From positions 16,183-80,182 of the forward strand of contig JBKPTE010000015.1 of NCBI GenBank assembly GCA_046735335.1: a stretch of DNA of 64,000 nt, given 5' to 3'. This document shows, in pieces, positions 61,705 to 64,000 of this stretch (within the stretch, counting starts at the first letter, position 1; each line of letters starts with the position of its first letter). A model generated the notes under the pieces. It saw only the letters and a list, made by a program, of their open reading frames with translations. It did not search any database and was not told the DNA's origin. A program made the translations under genes and the position numbers. The stretch is from Acidobacteriota bacterium. GTDB lineage: Bacteria; Acidobacteriota; Vicinamibacteria; Vicinamibacterales; 2-12-FULL-66-21.

Positions 61705-63378
61705 CTAAATCGTAATCACCCAGTGATGCCCCATGTCGAGGGGCAGGGACTCGCACAGGCGATCCACCAGGCCCGGTCCGTACTTCGCGACGAAATAGAT
61801 CATGCCCAGCGTCCGCTCCTGCGGATGACCCTGCGGGAACGCCTGCGCCTGCGCGCGCACGAACTGGCGCCGCAGCGTGTCGTGACGGCGCTTCGACGCC
61901 TGGATCACCTTGTTGTGCAGCGCGCGGAGCTCGTGGTCCATCTTGGACCGCGTGGTTTTCGCCGCTCCTCCGAGCGTCGGATCGACGGCAGGGACCGCGG
62001 CGGTCACCTGTGCCATTGCCTCCTCGATGCGATCCGCGGCATCCCTCAGCGCGCGCTCGACGCTCGCGGGCAACTGCGACTCGAGCAGCCGGTTCAGGAC
62101 GGACTCGCCCTGCGGCTGCAGATCTTCGAGCGCCAGATCGTACTTGCGGAGGAAGCGTGCGGACGCCGAATCGAGCAGGGTCGCCGTGGTGCGCGGGAAC
62201 ATCAACGGCATCGGAACGCCGAAGTGCTCGTACACGCCGCGCAACTGCCCGAGATAGGCGAGCTCGCTGGGCCCGGCCACGTAGCAGATCGTCGGAAAGA
62301 GCGTGTCCTGGACGATGGGACGGAGCAGGACGTTGGGGCTGAAGCTGTCGGGCCGCGTGGCAGCCTGCGCCGCGAGCGCCGCGAGCGTCTCGGACCGATC
62401 GCCAACGAGATAGTGATCGTCCTGACGGCGAATCTGATGGCGGCCGCCGTCGAGGCTGAAGAGCGAGAGGCTCTCGCGCTGCGGCTCGACCTGCGGCGCG
62501 TGCCCGCGCGCGGCGAGCACCTGACCCGCGTCCGCCGCAAGTGTGGACGTCCGTCCGGGATCCGACAGCTCGCGGGTGAACACGCCCGCCGCGATCGGCT
62601 TTGCCGCCGGATCCGAGGACTCGTACACGACCAGGCCGTGAGGGCCCAGCAGCGTCTCGAGCCACGTCGCGAACGCCCGCGCCATGCCCGCGCCAGGCCG
62701 CCACGCGCGCCGGACGCCCTCGAGCACCTCGTCCTTGAACTCCGTCGCCGGGAGGATGGACGACAGCTCCTGAATGGTTTGCTCGACGCGTTCGTCCAGT
62801 CGCAGTGCCGCGATGGGCAGCTCGCCGGCGCCTTCGAGATCGGCGAGCGTCACCGTGCGGGTCTGGTACCCGGCGTCGAGCACCGTACAGCTCCGGACCT
62901 CTTCCCAGTCGTGATCCTCGGCGTCGACCCAGAAGATCGCGACGGCCGGCACGTGGTCCCGCTCCCGCGCGCGCTGCGCGAGTTGCAGCGCCGTGAGCGC
63001 TTTCAGGAGCGTGAAGAGAGGTCCGCCGAAGACGCCGGCCTGCTGACCAGTCACGACAGCTACGCTCGAGGGATCCGCGAGCCGTGCCGCCGCTTCACGC
63101 GCTGCCGGGGGCGCGCCGCGCTCCCGCTGCTGGCGCTGGAGCAGATCCGAGAGTGACCGCCGATCGCGGGGATGCCGCTGCGCGCGCGCGATCGCGCTGC
63201 GCCACGCCTCCGGGTCCGCGGGGTTCCCCGCGTACAGGTCCTCGATCTGCGTGAAGTTGAAGGCGTATGCGCCGGCGAGCGGCCGGATCCACGGGAATCG
63301 CCGCACGTCGATTGCGGCGGCGTTGAGACCGCCGGACTCACTTACGCTGGGGGCTGACGCGGCGGGCTCGGCTGACAC
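61705..63378 (-). CDS. bshC: Bacillithiol biosynthesis cysteine-adding enzyme BshC
   Basis: VTGQQAGVFGGPL, EDHDWEE, FSPNVLLRP, YVAGPSELAY, PQER; start approximate. Confidence 0.93.
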   Translation of the reverse strand: MSAEPAASAPSVSESGGLNAAAIDVRRFPWIRPLAGAYAFNFTQIEDLYAGNPADPEAWRSAIARAQRHPRDRRSLSDLLQRQQRERGAPPAAREAAARLADPSSVAVVTGQQAGVFGGPLFTLLKALTALQLAQRARERDHVPAVAIFWVDAEDHDWEEVRSCTVLDAGYQTRTVTLADLEGAGELPIAALRLDERVEQTIQELSSILPATEFKDEVLEGVRRAWRPGAGMARAFATWLETLLGPHGLVVYESSDPAAKPIAAGVFTRELSDPGRTSTLAADAGQVLAARGHAPQVEPQRESLSLFSLDGGRHQIRRQDDHYLVGDRSETLAALAAQAATRPDSFSPNVLLRPIVQDTLFPTICYVAGPSELAYLGQLRGVYEHFGVPMPLMFPRTTATLLDSASARFLRKYDLALEDLQPQGESVLNRLLESQLPASVERALRDAADRIEEAMAQVTAAVPAVDPTLGGAAKTTRSKMDHELRALHNKVIQASKRRHDTLRRQFVRAQAQAFPQGHPQERTLGMIYFVAKYGPGLVDRLCESLPLDMGHHWVITI

Positions 63379-63468
63379 CGTGCCGTACTCTGTCAAAGGG
63401 CTCGGAAATCTGTCAAGGCAGCCGGACATGTGGCCTCTGACGCGCGCCGATCGTTGGAGGATCCCGTG

Positions 63469-63519
63469 GCGGCCCTGAAAGGGCCGCCCACGACCGTGGG
63501 GCGGCCCTTTCAGGGCCGC
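63469..63519. repeat. Inverted REP pair
   Basis: GCGGCCCTGAAAGGGCCGCCCAC and GTGGGGCGGCCCTTTCAGGGCCGC. Confidence 0.85.
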
Positions 63520-63564
63520 GGTCATCATGTTACAGTTCAACGATCTGCCCCAGGAGCTCCGTCG

Positions 63565-64000
63565 CTGACCAGAGAGGACCCCAGCGCTTTCTCCCCGCCG
63601 CCCGCGTTCGGCCCGTTTCGCGTGCTGCATCAGATTGGCGTGGGCGCGCTCGGCCCGGTCTTTCGCACGTACGAGCCGAGCCGTGATCGCCTCGTCGCCG
63701 TCAAAGTATTCCGCCTCGACATCGTCCCCGAGGAGGCGCAGGCGCTTGCGGACGAGCTGAACCGCCCGGCCGAGGCCGGACTCTTTCACCCCTCGATCGT
63801 CGAACCGATTGCGGCGGGGGTGGAGGGGACGGTTGCGTACCGCGCGGAGGAATACGTTGCGGCCGAGTCGCTCGATGTCGCCATGCGCCACTACGCGCCG
63901 GCGCCGATCGAGCGCGTCCTGCCGTTCATCACGCAGCTCGCGGGCGCCATCGATTTCGCGCGCGCCGTGGGGGTGGGGCATGGCGCGCTGCATCCGCGGG
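63565..64000 (+). CDS. Ser/Thr kinase-like protein, probable pseudokinase (3' truncated by window)
   Basis: FGPFRVLHQIGVGALGPVF, VAVK, HPSIV, HGALHPR; not in the ORF track. Confidence 0.8.
   Translation, partial: MTREDPSAFSPPPAFGPFRVLHQIGVGALGPVFRTYEPSRDRLVAVKVFRLDIVPEEAQALADELNRPAEAGLFHPSIVEPIAAGVEGTVAYRAEEYVAAESLDVAMRHYAPAPIERVLPFITQLAGAIDFARAVGVGHGALHPR

Overview
High-GC bacterial chromosomal segment. Gene content (ADOP-type permease, Oar-like TonB receptor, BshC, GTAG-type REPs) suggests Acidobacteriota, Vicinamibacteria-like; this is an inference. It is mostly core and regulatory genes: Mla/MCE end, tRNA-Val and tRNA-Phe, twin cation/H+ antiporters, upp, hpt, rpiB, deoC, several two-component systems, efflux ABC transporters, treZ and a debranching enzyme, rsgA, recA, hrcA-grpE-dnaJ-prmA (CIRCE present, no dnaK), PBP1, a TBDR-PIG-L-ArgH-like operon and bshC. 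Best candidates for a second look: (1) a nucleoside-catabolism cluster whose DeoC and RpiB carry microcompartment-type N-terminal extensions with no shell genes nearby; (2) about ten intergenic 7/8/9-mer tandem repeat clusters, most with inverted arms, plus REP-like palindromes, one apparently translated inside a signal peptide; (3) a pseudo-protease/PDZ plus twin-antiporter operon; (4) the TBDR-deacetylase-lyase operon; (5) two probable CTG starts, a pseudokinase, a frameshifted ABC ATPase and an internally deleted IS481 at tRNA-Phe. No CRISPR array, prophage or rRNA was seen. All calls are from reading motifs by eye; no searches were run.
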